A program made the position numbers and the translations under genes. The notes under the pieces are model-generated. The model searched no databases. It was not told the DNA's origin and worked only from the letters and a program-made list of their open reading frames with translations. A stretch of 64,000 nucleotides of DNA from Clostridia bacterium. GTDB lineage: Bacteria; Bacillota; Clostridia; DUPQ01. The first letter of the stretch is position 1; the number at the start of each line of letters is the position of its first letter. Below are positions 1-8,961 of this stretch, one piece after another. The stretch covers positions 6,521 through 70,520 of the forward strand of contig JAFGIJ010000125.1 of assembly GCA_016929655.1 (NCBI GenBank). Reading direction: 5' to 3'.

Positions 1-360
1 GACGGAGAATAACCTCTGTCATAAGATTCTTTATAGTAAAAACAGGATTCAATGATGTCATGGGGTCCTGGAAAATCATTGCAATTTCACTTCCCCTGAT
101 TTCCGTCAATTCACTTTCGGTAAGTTTGGTCAAATCTTTCCCATTGAAAATAACAGAACCTTCTTTTATTTTGCCCGGGTCTTCAATAAGGTTGATAATT
201 GACATGGCTGTTACACTTTTACCACTTCCTGACTCTCCCACTATACCGAGGATATCTCCCTCGTTCATTGAAAAGGAAGAACCTCTGACAGCCTGTACTT
301 CTCCCAGGTGAGTAAAAAATGATGTTTTCAGGTTGTTTACTTCAAGTATTTTTCCCATTG
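1..360 (-). CDS. oppD: oligopeptide/dipeptide ABC transporter ATP-binding protein, N-terminal part (gene runs off window start)
   Basis: Minus-strand translation from ATG at 360-358 reads MGKILEVNNLKTSFF...GIVGESGSGKSV (Walker A), typical OppD/DppD N-terminus. RBS GAGGTGA upstream. The + strand ORF 60-311 is a shadow ORF. Confidence 0.8.
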
Positions 361-368
361 AATTCACC

Positions 369-1637
369 TCAACCTTTCCTAAGACGCGGATCCAGTGCAT
401 CCCTGAGTCCATCACCCAGGAAATTGAATGCCAGCATTGTTATTGCAATTGCCGATGCAGGGAAGAATAATTGATAAGGGGATGAAAGTATCCCTGATAA
501 AGCATTGTTTGCTAGTGTACCCCAGGAAGCCATGGGAGCAGAAACACCCAGACCGATGAAACTCATGAAGGCTTCTGTAAATACTGCACTTGGTATCATC
601 ATGGTCATTGAGATTATAATCGGTCCCATTGCATTTGGAATCAAGTGTCTTGTGATAATATTTTTTCTTGCTACGCCAAGGGCTGTTGCAGCCAGAACAA
701 ACTCCTGCTCCTTTAGAGCCAGTATCTGTCCTCTGACCAGCCTTGCCATTCCCACCCAGTAAACCAATCCAATGGCCAATATTATTGTCCAAAGACCCTG
801 ATTCCCAATAAGCACCATCAACAGAATGATTATCAGAACAAGAGGTACCGAATTAATGATGTCAACTATTCGCATCATCACATTGTCAACACGGCCGCCC
901 TCATATCCTGCAATGGCACCATATGTAACTCCTATAATGAAGTTTACCAAGGAAGCCACAAACGCAACGGTGAGAGAGATCCTTGCACCATACATAACCC
1001 TGGTCAGAACATCGCGGCCGAGATTGTCAGAACCGAATGGATATTTTTTATTCCACACTGTCCTGAATTTTTCATTTGTAACAACACCTTTGTATGTGAA
1101 TACATATTTATAATCGAGCTCTTTATCCACAGCTCCGGAATAATCAAGATATATAAGTTCGTCATTATATGTATAAGCCTTTATCAGAGTTTTCTTGGCT
1201 TCATCATTGCGCTTTTTCTGTTCCGCGGGTGAAAGAACTTTTGTTAAATCGGTTCTTTCTTCACTTGTTATTACCGAATCAGTCAATTCAAATATTTCTA
1301 GTCTTTCAATCAGATTTCCCTTTTTATCAACGAGAATCAGACTGTAGTCAGCAGTCAATGTAACATAAGTTTCAGGAGCCACTTCATAAATGGTCAATAT
1401 GGGCGAAAGGTTCTTAAAATCATTGATCTGGTCTGAATATGACATAGTGGTAAACAAGGGTCCGATTATGGCAAAAAGAATAATCAGAATAATACCAACA
1501 AGCCCAACCATGGACATCTTATTCTTTTTAAGACGCCTCCAGGCATCCTGCCAGTAGGTAAGGCTAGGCCGGAATTCTTCGAATTCCTTTTCCTTCTCTG
1601 TAACAAATTTAAATTTACTTTTATCTATGCTACTCAT
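369..1637 (-). CDS. oppC: oligopeptide ABC transporter permease (OppC/DppC family) with long N-terminal extension
   Basis: C-terminal half has the ABC-permease EAA-type region (LGRDVLTRVMYGARISL...) and 6 predicted TM segments. 1-nt overlap with upstream oppB. Confidence 0.85.
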   Translation of the reverse strand: MSSIDKSKFKFVTEKEKEFEEFRPSLTYWQDAWRRLKKNKMSMVGLVGIILIILFAIIGPLFTTMSYSDQINDFKNLSPILTIYEVAPETYVTLTADYSLILVDKKGNLIERLEIFELTDSVITSEERTDLTKVLSPAEQKKRNDEAKKTLIKAYTYNDELIYLDYSGAVDKELDYKYVFTYKGVVTNEKFRTVWNKKYPFGSDNLGRDVLTRVMYGARISLTVAFVASLVNFIIGVTYGAIAGYEGGRVDNVMMRIVDIINSVPLVLIIILLMVLIGNQGLWTIILAIGLVYWVGMARLVRGQILALKEQEFVLAATALGVARKNIITRHLIPNAMGPIIISMTMMIPSAVFTEAFMSFIGLGVSAPMASWGTLANNALSGILSSPYQLFFPASAIAITMLAFNFLGDGLRDALDPRLRKG

Positions 1638-2566
1638 TATTTTGCCCCTTTTTCAAATCTTATACGTGGATCAACCAATGCATATGCCACATCCACCAGC
1701 AAAATCATTATGATGTAGAATGCTGCGTAAAATACCGTTATGCCCATTATAGTAGTATAATCCCGGTTGGTTATACTCTCAACAAAGTAACCCCCCATAC
1801 CGGGAAGCGCAAATATTCTTTCAATAACAAAGGAACCGGTCAGTATTGCAGCAACCATTGGACCCACATAGGTAATTACCGGTATAAGAGCATTTCTGAC
1901 TGCGTGCTTGCCCATGACAACAATCTCCTTGATACCATTTGCCCTTGCAGTTCTTATATAATCCTGGCGAAGAACTTCAAGCATTGAGGAACGGGTCAGC
2001 CTGGTTACAAATGACAGGGAATACCCACTTAGTGCAACTACAGGTCCTATATACCCCAGGGGATTCTGAAGCCCGTAGGTGGGAAGCCACCCCAGCAATC
2101 CGGCAAAGACATATATGATAAGTGTTGCTATTACAAAGCTTGGAACAGTGACCCCCAGGGTTGCCATGAACATGACAAAATAGTCTATGGGTTTGTTCTG
2201 TTTAAGTGCTGATATAATTCCAAATGGGATTCCCAATATAATTATCAGCACTGTTGCCATCAGTCCGATTTTTGCAGAAGTCGGGAACCCTCCTTTTATA
2301 AGATCAATTACATCCTTCCCGATAATGGAAAAAGACGGACCCAGGTCCAGGGTTACAAGCCCTTTCATATAATCCAGATATTGAATGAAAACAGGGTCAT
2401 CCAGATGATATTTCTCATTGAGCCTTACCATTATTGAATCCGGAACAGGTCTTTCTCTTGTAAAAGGCCCACCGGGAATTGAATGCATCATGAAGAAAGT
2501 TATTGTTGCAATAAGCAATATTGTAAGTATCGCAGCCGCAAACCGCTTCAAAAAATACTTCCCCAT
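1637..2566 (-). CDS. oppB: oligopeptide ABC transporter permease (OppB/DppB family)
   Basis: MGKYFLKRF... N-terminus and multi-TM permease typical of OppB. RBS GGAGGGAATTC before ATG. Confidence 0.85.
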   Translation of the reverse strand: MGKYFLKRFAAAILTILLIATITFFMMHSIPGGPFTRERPVPDSIMVRLNEKYHLDDPVFIQYLDYMKGLVTLDLGPSFSIIGKDVIDLIKGGFPTSAKIGLMATVLIIILGIPFGIISALKQNKPIDYFVMFMATLGVTVPSFVIATLIIYVFAGLLGWLPTYGLQNPLGYIGPVVALSGYSLSFVTRLTRSSMLEVLRQDYIRTARANGIKEIVVMGKHAVRNALIPVITYVGPMVAAILTGSFVIERIFALPGMGGYFVESITNRDYTTIMGITVFYAAFYIIMILLVDVAYALVDPRIRFEKGAK

Positions 2567-2651
2567 ACGAATTCCCTCCTACTTTTCCAACACCGGTGAT
2601 GCACCTTTGAAACCCGTATCTGCACAGAAAAACCGGTATTTGTACTGAATG

Positions 2652-2680
2652 ATTATACACTGATATATTATCACATTCAA
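2652..2680 (-). promoter_or_regulatory. sigma-A type promoter for oppBCD (TTGAAT-17-TATAAT on minus strand)
   Basis: Minus-strand reading gives TTGAATgtgataatatatcagtgTATAAT about 85 nt upstream of oppB start. -10 at 2652-2657, -35 at 2675-2680. Confidence 0.55.
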
Positions 2681-2725
2681 TATTTACAATTATTTAACAC
2701 GAAAACCCTTGTTTTTCTGCTTATC

Positions 2726-4207
2726 TCAGTCAACAAGCATTTCAATCCAGTCAAGCACAGCTTCATCAAGCCCTGAATCAAGTTCAATGACCTGATAACC
2801 GTTCTTATGTGCTTCCTTTGGAACAATCCATGCATATAATGTGTCAATTGGCCTGGGATTTTCCGTATAATAGGCTCCGATGAACTCACATCTTTCACCA
2901 TTTATAAAAACTTTTATATCGTTTTCCCCAAGGTCATAAACGTCTTTGAAAGACATAAGCACAAGCCGTGTTTCATTTTTCAACATATTACCGGTATGAA
3001 TTCTGAATCCTGCGAAAATATTCTTCTTAAGTTCAAATGGAAGTATTTCATCAGAAACAACCCCTTCGGGTCTTCTGTCACTGAAAGTAAGCACATGTCT
3101 CCTTCTCTTTCCTTTCATTGATTCCACATCGCCGGTTTCCGTAATGATTTTTTTGTATCCTTCATCGTCATATGCATATCTCTGCATATCCATATAATTG
3201 AAGGTATATATTGCATCCGCTCCCCTGTCTATAAAGGAATGTGCCGCTCCCCTTATGGTTTCTATGCTGTTGAACTGAAATTCATTTTTACATTTTGGGA
3301 AAGCATACTGCCTCAGACATATTTCCAGACACGGAGCTATCAGACATCCTGTTCCTGCTACCTGACGCTTCCATCTTTCGACGGGAATATCCGCCTGACT
3401 GGTATGCCAGAATGGAGATGGCACAAGATTTGCTACATACCCTGCCAGTGCCCAGCCAACACCATCCATTCCCATATCGTAAGCATACTCAGGACTGACA
3501 GGCACCCTGGCTCCTATTTCAATCCTGTGGCCCCTTACTTTTTCATATTCATCGGCCAGTTCCCTTGCTGATTTCATGAATCCATCAAGAACAGTCCGTC
3601 CTTCATCCTCATAGCCGACAGGAAAATGATTGCCAAAACGCATCCAATCCAGTTCTATTCCATCAAAATCATATTTCTCAAAGTACTCCCTAAGTATTCC
3701 AAAATGGTACTCACGGACATCCTCAATCAGGTAATTAAGCTGACGGTCCTCCCATTTTTCATCTCTGTGCATGGCTCTTCTGTAATCCAGGTGCTGCTTA
3801 TAAAACATACTATGCATAGGATCATCCGTATTATCGGCATTGTGAACATCGTTCATCCTCATGCTCATCCATGGAGAAATATTTATTTCCCTAAGCAGTT
3901 TTATCCACTCTGCATAAACATCAATCCCGCGTTCAACCAGAAGCCTGACTGCATTGCTCCAGTTTTTGAAACTCTGCAGTCTTTCCGAAGCAATCATGTC
4001 ATCGGTAACATTATCATAAATAATCTCACCTGCTTTAGTTACATAGCTGGTCTTCTGTGCATTACCGTTCAATAGCATTCTTTCTACATTTGTCCCCCTA
4101 TACTGCATAATAAAGTCCCTGATTTTATCAGGGTCTGCAGCATTCGCTCCACGTTTGAAAAAGTAATGTGAGTTGTCCTCGTTCAACCAAATACCGGCCA
4201 TAATCAA
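2726..4207 (-). CDS. cytoplasmic glycoside-hydrolase-like TIM-barrel protein (GHL/DUF4015-like), function unknown
   Basis: 493 aa with no signal peptide. DGIELDWMRF-type motif resembles the nucleophile region of GHL10-type TIM barrels. First gene downstream of the heptose-related operon, 4-nt overlap with the C-N hydrolase gene. Confidence 0.45.
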   Translation of the reverse strand: MIMAGIWLNEDNSHYFFKRGANAADPDKIRDFIMQYRGTNVERMLLNGNAQKTSYVTKAGEIIYDNVTDDMIASERLQSFKNWSNAVRLLVERGIDVYAEWIKLLREINISPWMSMRMNDVHNADNTDDPMHSMFYKQHLDYRRAMHRDEKWEDRQLNYLIEDVREYHFGILREYFEKYDFDGIELDWMRFGNHFPVGYEDEGRTVLDGFMKSARELADEYEKVRGHRIEIGARVPVSPEYAYDMGMDGVGWALAGYVANLVPSPFWHTSQADIPVERWKRQVAGTGCLIAPCLEICLRQYAFPKCKNEFQFNSIETIRGAAHSFIDRGADAIYTFNYMDMQRYAYDDEGYKKIITETGDVESMKGKRRRHVLTFSDRRPEGVVSDEILPFELKKNIFAGFRIHTGNMLKNETRLVLMSFKDVYDLGENDIKVFINGERCEFIGAYYTENPRPIDTLYAWIVPKEAHKNGYQVIELDSGLDEAVLDWIEMLVD

Positions 4208-4989
4208 TAATCCTTTCTAAGCTCTTTGAGATATGGGAAATCCTTCCTGATTTCGGGAATCGACTCTATGTTCACGTTACAATATAAAATTTCCTCTGTA
4301 TTTTCGCCGGCCCGTGCAATCAGCTCACCTTTTGGGTCAAATACCTTTGAGTCCCCGAAATAAACAACATTGCCTTCCGTGCCCGTTCGGTTGACTCCGG
4401 CCACAAAAACTGTGTTTTCAAGGGCTCTTGCAGGAAGATATATATCCCAGAGATTCCTGTGGGTCGTTGCCCAGGCTGCAGGAACGAAAATAATTTCCGC
4501 ACCCGCCAATGCCAGGTTTCTGCATGTTTCGGGAAAATCCACATCATAGCAGATTATTACTCCGAATTTCCCAAAATATGTTTCATATACCCTGTAGTCA
4601 TGGCTGCCGTATTTAAAATATTTCTGTTCCTTGTCCCAGAGATTGTTTTTATGGTAAACATTCAACAGCCTGCCATTGTTGTCTATGACTGCAGCTGAAT
4701 TATATAAACCATTCTCATCTGTGTATGCCAGAGATGCAATAACATGGATGTTCCCCAGTTTGGCTTCACTTGAAGCCAGTTTAATGGTATCTCCATCTGA
4801 AGAACATGCCATGTCGTAAATTCTGTCACCGATTATATCCAGGTTATAACCAGTTGAAAAAAGTTCCGGAAATACAATGATGTCCGCATGATTTTCAGAA
4901 GCCTGTCTGATCATGCGAACCATCTTCATGTTGTTTTCATAAACATCATTTATAGTGCTGTCAAATTGAGCCAGGGCTATTTTTGCCAT
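4204..4989 (-). CDS. carbon-nitrogen hydrolase (nitrilase superfamily amidohydrolase)
   Basis: MAKIALAQFD...VFPELFSTGY (catalytic Glu), K in the YHKNNLWD region, VIICYD (catalytic Cys). RBS GGGAGA 8 nt before the ATG at 4989. Confidence 0.8.
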   Translation of the reverse strand: MAKIALAQFDSTINDVYENNMKMVRMIRQASENHADIIVFPELFSTGYNLDIIGDRIYDMACSSDGDTIKLASSEAKLGNIHVIASLAYTDENGLYNSAAVIDNNGRLLNVYHKNNLWDKEQKYFKYGSHDYRVYETYFGKFGVIICYDVDFPETCRNLALAGAEIIFVPAAWATTHRNLWDIYLPARALENTVFVAGVNRTGTEGNVVYFGDSKVFDPKGELIARAGENTEEILYCNVNIESIPEIRKDFPYLKELRKDY

Positions 4990-6035
4990 GGTGTTGTCTC
5001 CCTGAACCATCCGTTAAATGTATCAATGACCTCTTCAAGTGAAGCAGTACCGGTCACACCTATTTTCCTTATGGTCACCGCAGCCACCATGTTCCCTATG
5101 AATGCTGCTTCAACTTCATCTGCTCCGGCTGCCAGCGAAGACACAACGGAGGCACTGACCGAATCACCTGCACCGCATATATCATATGGTCTTGGCACAT
5201 CTTCTGTAGGAACCACTACGACTCCTTTTTCCCCAAAGGTCATTATTCCGTTTTTCCCCATGGTAACAAATGTAGGCCTGCCATTTTGTTTATAAAGCCT
5301 GTTCCCGCATTCCTGTACCATTTCATCTTCAGGTTCACTGTTAAGTTCAGGATAAAATGCCCTGCAAGCTTCATAGTTATTACACTTGATAGACATCATC
5401 TTGAACATATGTATCTTCGACCTTGAATCAGCATAAATGATTTTATCTGTATGTTTTGCTGCAAGCCTGATCAGTTTATCCCTTATCCTGTCTGTTATCA
5501 CTCCGCAGTTACTTTCCACCATCTGATCCAGTATTATTACAGCATCCATTTTTTCGAATACATCATCAAGGGTTTCAAGCAATTTACTTTCCAAGACTTC
5601 AGGTGTGTTTTTGAAATTTTTTATATCCAGCCTGTTGCTTTCGACTTCTTCTCCTTTACCATCCCACATCATTGGCTTGACATAAGAAGGGGTAATCATT
5701 TCATCGGTGTCGATTACATAGTCAAATTTCATACCCCTTGCCTTCATTTCGCATCTGAGTTCAAAGCCATTGCCGTCATTTCCGATGAAGGTAACCGGAT
5801 ATACTTCTCCAACACCTAGTTCGCAAAGATTATTGGCTATGGTACCGCCGGCTCCGGGATATTGCCTGGTTTTTACTACCTGATACGCATCGTGGGGTGT
5901 TTCAAGTGATGGTTCATTCAGACGTGTATCAATTCTGAGATACTTGTCCAATACAAAATCACTGACCACTGCTATTCTAAGCTCTCTGAATTTTTTAAAT
6001 AATTCTCTGATTCTTTCTTCTGTCATCTCAATCAC
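4977..6035 (-). CDS. PfkB-family sugar kinase resembling the kinase domain of HldE / HldA (D-glycero-beta-D-manno-heptose-7-phosphate kinase)
   Basis: IAVVSDFVLDKY...PGAGGTIANNLCELG parallels E. coli HldE N-domain VMVVGDVMLDRY...PGGAANVAMNIASLG. C-terminal DICGAGDSVSASVVSSLAAG matches [20 protein letters not shown]. No nucleotidyltransferase domain. Confidence 0.65.
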   Translation of the reverse strand: MIEMTEERIRELFKKFRELRIAVVSDFVLDKYLRIDTRLNEPSLETPHDAYQVVKTRQYPGAGGTIANNLCELGVGEVYPVTFIGNDGNGFELRCEMKARGMKFDYVIDTDEMITPSYVKPMMWDGKGEEVESNRLDIKNFKNTPEVLESKLLETLDDVFEKMDAVIILDQMVESNCGVITDRIRDKLIRLAAKHTDKIIYADSRSKIHMFKMMSIKCNNYEACRAFYPELNSEPEDEMVQECGNRLYKQNGRPTFVTMGKNGIMTFGEKGVVVVPTEDVPRPYDICGAGDSVSASVVSSLAAGADEVEAAFIGNMVAAVTIRKIGVTGTASLEEVIDTFNGWFRETTPWQK

Positions 6036-6990
6036 CGCTCAATAATTTATATGCTAGATTTGCCACTGTATCCTTGTGTTCACCGTTGATATAATAACCT
6101 GTTCCGCCATCGGCAACTGTTCTTGCCAGAATTGTTTTCCATGGTCTGAAATAATATCTTGGATCGGATTTCGGCGGTGCACCGACTGTATTATCCTCAA
6201 TGGGAAGAAGGTCAAAGACCGCTGTTGTAAAATGTGCAATCTTCTCATTGTTTTGATGTGCTACATTCCTTGCCATTGAGAGTGCCTTAAGGTATACTTC
6301 CGGCCCGGTCACTGCAGAACCGAAATTCATGAATACACCGTTTTCCAAATTCTGAATTGATTTTGCATAAATCAGGAAGTCCGTATAAGAGGCCTTTCCG
6401 AGCATTTCTCCATTACAATTGGGATGCTGATGTATGAAATCGAGTCCAATGCCCACATGGACTGTTACGGGAATCTGATTCCTGTAACCTGCTGCAAGAA
6501 GTGAATACTGTTTATGAGGGAATTTTCCCTCCTCAATTGCCATTCCGAGTATTTCACCATGCCCCAAACCCCGTTGTGCTCCTTCGTTGATAAAATCATT
6601 TATCAAACCGGACTGTTTCCACAGACCAAACTGACCCTCACTTATATATTTTGCAACACTCTCTGTAGTGGCACCGATCATGGAAAATTCGAAATCATGT
6701 ATTGCCCCTGCTCCATTGGTGGCAAAATGTGTAATCCATCCTTCTTCCATCAGCCTGATGAGCCATGGCGTAGCACCTGCCCTTATAACATGGGCACCCA
6801 TCATCATCATAACTGTGGCATTGTTTTTCCTGGCTTTCCTTATTGCTTCTACCAAAGCATCAAGTTTTTCATTTCCATAGGCAGCCGGCTTTTTATATGG
6901 GTCCTGCATGACACTTAAATCAAGGTCATGTTCCCTTTCTTCCAGATTTTTCAATAGAAGTTTGCTTCTGTCAAATTTCCCAAAGGGCAT
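6028..6990 (-). CDS. conserved hypothetical protein, 320 aa, unassigned fold (weak resemblance to deoxyhypusine-synthase-like Rossmann proteins)
   Basis: Motifs MMMMGAHVIRAG, ITHFATNGAGAIHDFE and IPVTVHVGIGLDF. Translationally coupled on both sides (overlaps the kinase gene, 1-nt gap to the HAD gene). Confidence 0.3.
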   Translation of the reverse strand: MPFGKFDRSKLLLKNLEEREHDLDLSVMQDPYKKPAAYGNEKLDALVEAIRKARKNNATVMMMMGAHVIRAGATPWLIRLMEEGWITHFATNGAGAIHDFEFSMIGATTESVAKYISEGQFGLWKQSGLINDFINEGAQRGLGHGEILGMAIEEGKFPHKQYSLLAAGYRNQIPVTVHVGIGLDFIHQHPNCNGEMLGKASYTDFLIYAKSIQNLENGVFMNFGSAVTGPEVYLKALSMARNVAHQNNEKIAHFTTAVFDLLPIEDNTVGAPPKSDPRYYFRPWKTILARTVADGGTGYYINGEHKDTVANLAYKLLSGD

Positions 6991-6991
6991 G

Positions 6992-7792
6992 TCAACCTCC
7001 GAACAAATAGTTTTCCAGTGCCTCTAATTCTGTAAAATCTGCAATAATAACATCAGCCCCGGCTTTAATCAACCTCTGTCTCTTCCATTCATCTATGCCC
7101 TCCATGCGTTCTTCATCAGTAGCAACTCCGATGGCAATCCCGCCGACTTCCTTTATATTTTCTATTTCAACATATCCATCACCGAATCCGGCAAGACTTG
7201 AACCATGAAGGTCATTCATTTCAATGATTCTCTGTATAACCATAGCCTTTGAAAATAATTTATATTCATCCCGGGCACCATAGATACGGTCTTTGAAATA
7301 TCTGTCCAGTTTAAGGAGAGCAACTTCTTCCTTCACATACATTTCATCTGTTCCGCTTGCCAGATATATGTCCACACCATGGTCAATCAGACATTCAATG
7401 ATACCTACCGAACCCGGAACAAGAAACTCTGCAGGTTGAATCGTACCATCTGCAAGACCTTTTCTCCTGTATTCTATTTTCTCCAGAAGTCTTCTGTGAT
7501 ATTCGTTCTTATAAATAAGCGGATCCAAAGATTTACCGCCTCTTTTAATGACTTCCTCATTGAGTCTGATGCACTGGTAAATTGTCTGCTTTCCCGTTAA
7601 AAAATCGATGAATTCCCTGGCACATGAGTTTTCGTCTTCAAGTGTTCCTGCACCCGGGGTGCCCATGAGCACCTCTGTAAAATATGGTGTCATTATCTCC
7701 TGCCAGCCTTTTCTGATAAGACTCAGGGTACCATCAAAATCAAAAACCACCGAATGCAGATTGACTGCAGCTGTCTTGCTTATAAATTCCAT
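6992..7792 (-). CDS. HAD-superfamily phosphatase (capped, subfamily I-like)
   Basis: Motif I FDFDGTL, motif II LASGTDE, motif IV GFGDGYVE. RBS GAGGTG 7 nt before the ATG at 7792. Not GmhB-like in sequence. Confidence 0.7.
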   Translation of the reverse strand: MEFISKTAAVNLHSVVFDFDGTLSLIRKGWQEIMTPYFTEVLMGTPGAGTLEDENSCAREFIDFLTGKQTIYQCIRLNEEVIKRGGKSLDPLIYKNEYHRRLLEKIEYRRKGLADGTIQPAEFLVPGSVGIIECLIDHGVDIYLASGTDEMYVKEEVALLKLDRYFKDRIYGARDEYKLFSKAMVIQRIIEMNDLHGSSLAGFGDGYVEIENIKEVGGIAIGVATDEERMEGIDEWKRQRLIKAGADVIIADFTELEALENYLFGG

Positions 7793-7796
7793 TCCT

Positions 7797-8366
7797 CTAC
7801 ACCTCGTTGCCAATCTCTTCACGCAATGTACATATTACACAATGTTCCCAGAGCATATGTATGTCTTCTATTTCCTCCATACCATCAACGGGAGCTATAA
7901 CCGACAGATCACAAAGCTCCTTCAGTTTACCGCCATCCCTGCCTGTCAGTGCTGCAGTTCTGATGCCATGTTCCCTGGCATATTCACAGGCTTTGACCAC
8001 ATTGGGACTGTTTCCGCTTCCACTTATCACAATAAGCAGATCTCCCGGCCTTGCATAATTTTTCAACTGTTCCTGAAAAATTACGGAATAATCATAGTCA
8101 TTTGCCAATGCTGTTATAACAGGCACCTGGTCAACCAGGGAAAATGCCCTGAACCTCTTTGGATTACCGGGTGAAAGTCCTTTGACCAAATCATTTGTGA
8201 AGTGAGAAGCTGTAGCTGCACTTCCACCGTTTCCGGCAAAAAATACAGCCTTGTCCTCTTTTCGCGCTTCCATGAGCATGCCGCATAATCCTTCCACAGC
8301 TTCATATGGTGTTTTTCTTATGGCAGCAGATTGTTTTTCCACATATGCCTTTATAAATTCAAGCAT
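7797..8366 (-). CDS. gmhA: SIS-domain phosphoheptose isomerase (GmhA-like; DiaA-like alternative not excluded)
   Basis: FFAGNGGSAATASHF and LLIVISGSGNSPNVVKACEYAREHGIRTAALTGRDGG align closely with E. coli GmhA motifs ([49 protein letters not shown]). Confidence 0.65.
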   Translation of the reverse strand: MLEFIKAYVEKQSAAIRKTPYEAVEGLCGMLMEARKEDKAVFFAGNGGSAATASHFTNDLVKGLSPGNPKRFRAFSLVDQVPVITALANDYDYSVIFQEQLKNYARPGDLLIVISGSGNSPNVVKACEYAREHGIRTAALTGRDGGKLKELCDLSVIAPVDGMEEIEDIHMLWEHCVICTLREEIGNEV

Positions 8367-8895
8367 CAGCGTTCCATTCCCTTCTTAATAAACCATAGAG
8401 AAGCAGGTTGTGCCTCTTCCCGTCCCTAAGAACCGCTTCCCTATATACACCTTCTTTAACAAAACCAATTTTTTCATATAACTTTATTGCAGCTTTATTG
8501 TAATCTATAACATTGAGCTGCAGCCTATCCAGATTCAGTTCATTGAATGCAAAATTCACAGCCATTGACAATGCTTCATATCCAAAACCTTTTCCACGAT
8601 GGCTTAGATTTCCAAAACCGATTGAAATCCATGCAAAACGATTTGACTGGGATATGCCGTCTATTTCCAATAGACCGATCATCTCACCGGTTTCAATCAA
8701 TCTTATAGCAAAAGGAACAAAGGTATCGGTTCCTCCTGTTTCATATATTTTTTTCAGTTGTTCCCTGGTTTTCGGTACTGCCGGATGGAAATCATAATAA
8801 CGCAGAAAATCCGTATTCTCATACCAACCCGCAAGGATATCCACATCCTTTTCCTGCAATGCCCCCAGACTTAAATTCTGACTCTTCAGTAACAT
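8359..8895 (-). CDS. GNAT family N-acetyltransferase (RimJ/RimL-like)
   Basis: 178 aa with the GNAT acetyl-CoA motif region (HRGKGFGYEALSMAVNFAF). First gene of the operon. Confidence 0.8.
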   Translation of the reverse strand: MLLKSQNLSLGALQEKDVDILAGWYENTDFLRYYDFHPAVPKTREQLKKIYETGGTDTFVPFAIRLIETGEMIGLLEIDGISQSNRFAWISIGFGNLSHRGKGFGYEALSMAVNFAFNELNLDRLQLNVIDYNKAAIKLYEKIGFVKEGVYREAVLRDGKRHNLLLYGLLRREWNADA

Positions 8896-8916
8896 AACCC
8901 CCCCTGAATCATGAAT

Positions 8917-8945
8917 ATTATACAGTAGTAAAACAACCCGTACAA
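8917..8945 (-). promoter_or_regulatory. sigma-A type promoter of the GNAT-gmhA-HAD-unknown-kinase-CNhydrolase-GHL operon (TTGTAC-17-TATAAT)
   Basis: Minus-strand reading: TTGTACgggttgttttactactgTATAAT, then a G-rich RBS and the ATG at 8895. Confidence 0.55.
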
Positions 8946-8961
8946 TAGAATGCCCATCTAT

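Noticed and set aside
60-311. + strand 83 aa ORF at the window start
   Set aside because: Lies entirely antisense to a well-supported oppD coding sequence (Walker A readable on the minus strand). Shadow ORF.
3626-4075. + strand 149 aa ORF inside the GHL gene, and similar antisense ORFs (7608-8174, 13655-14209, 27413-27844, 28327-28848, 49627-50364)
   Set aside because: All overlap longer opposite-strand genes with recognisable conserved motifs. Low-complexity or odd composition typical of antisense frames.
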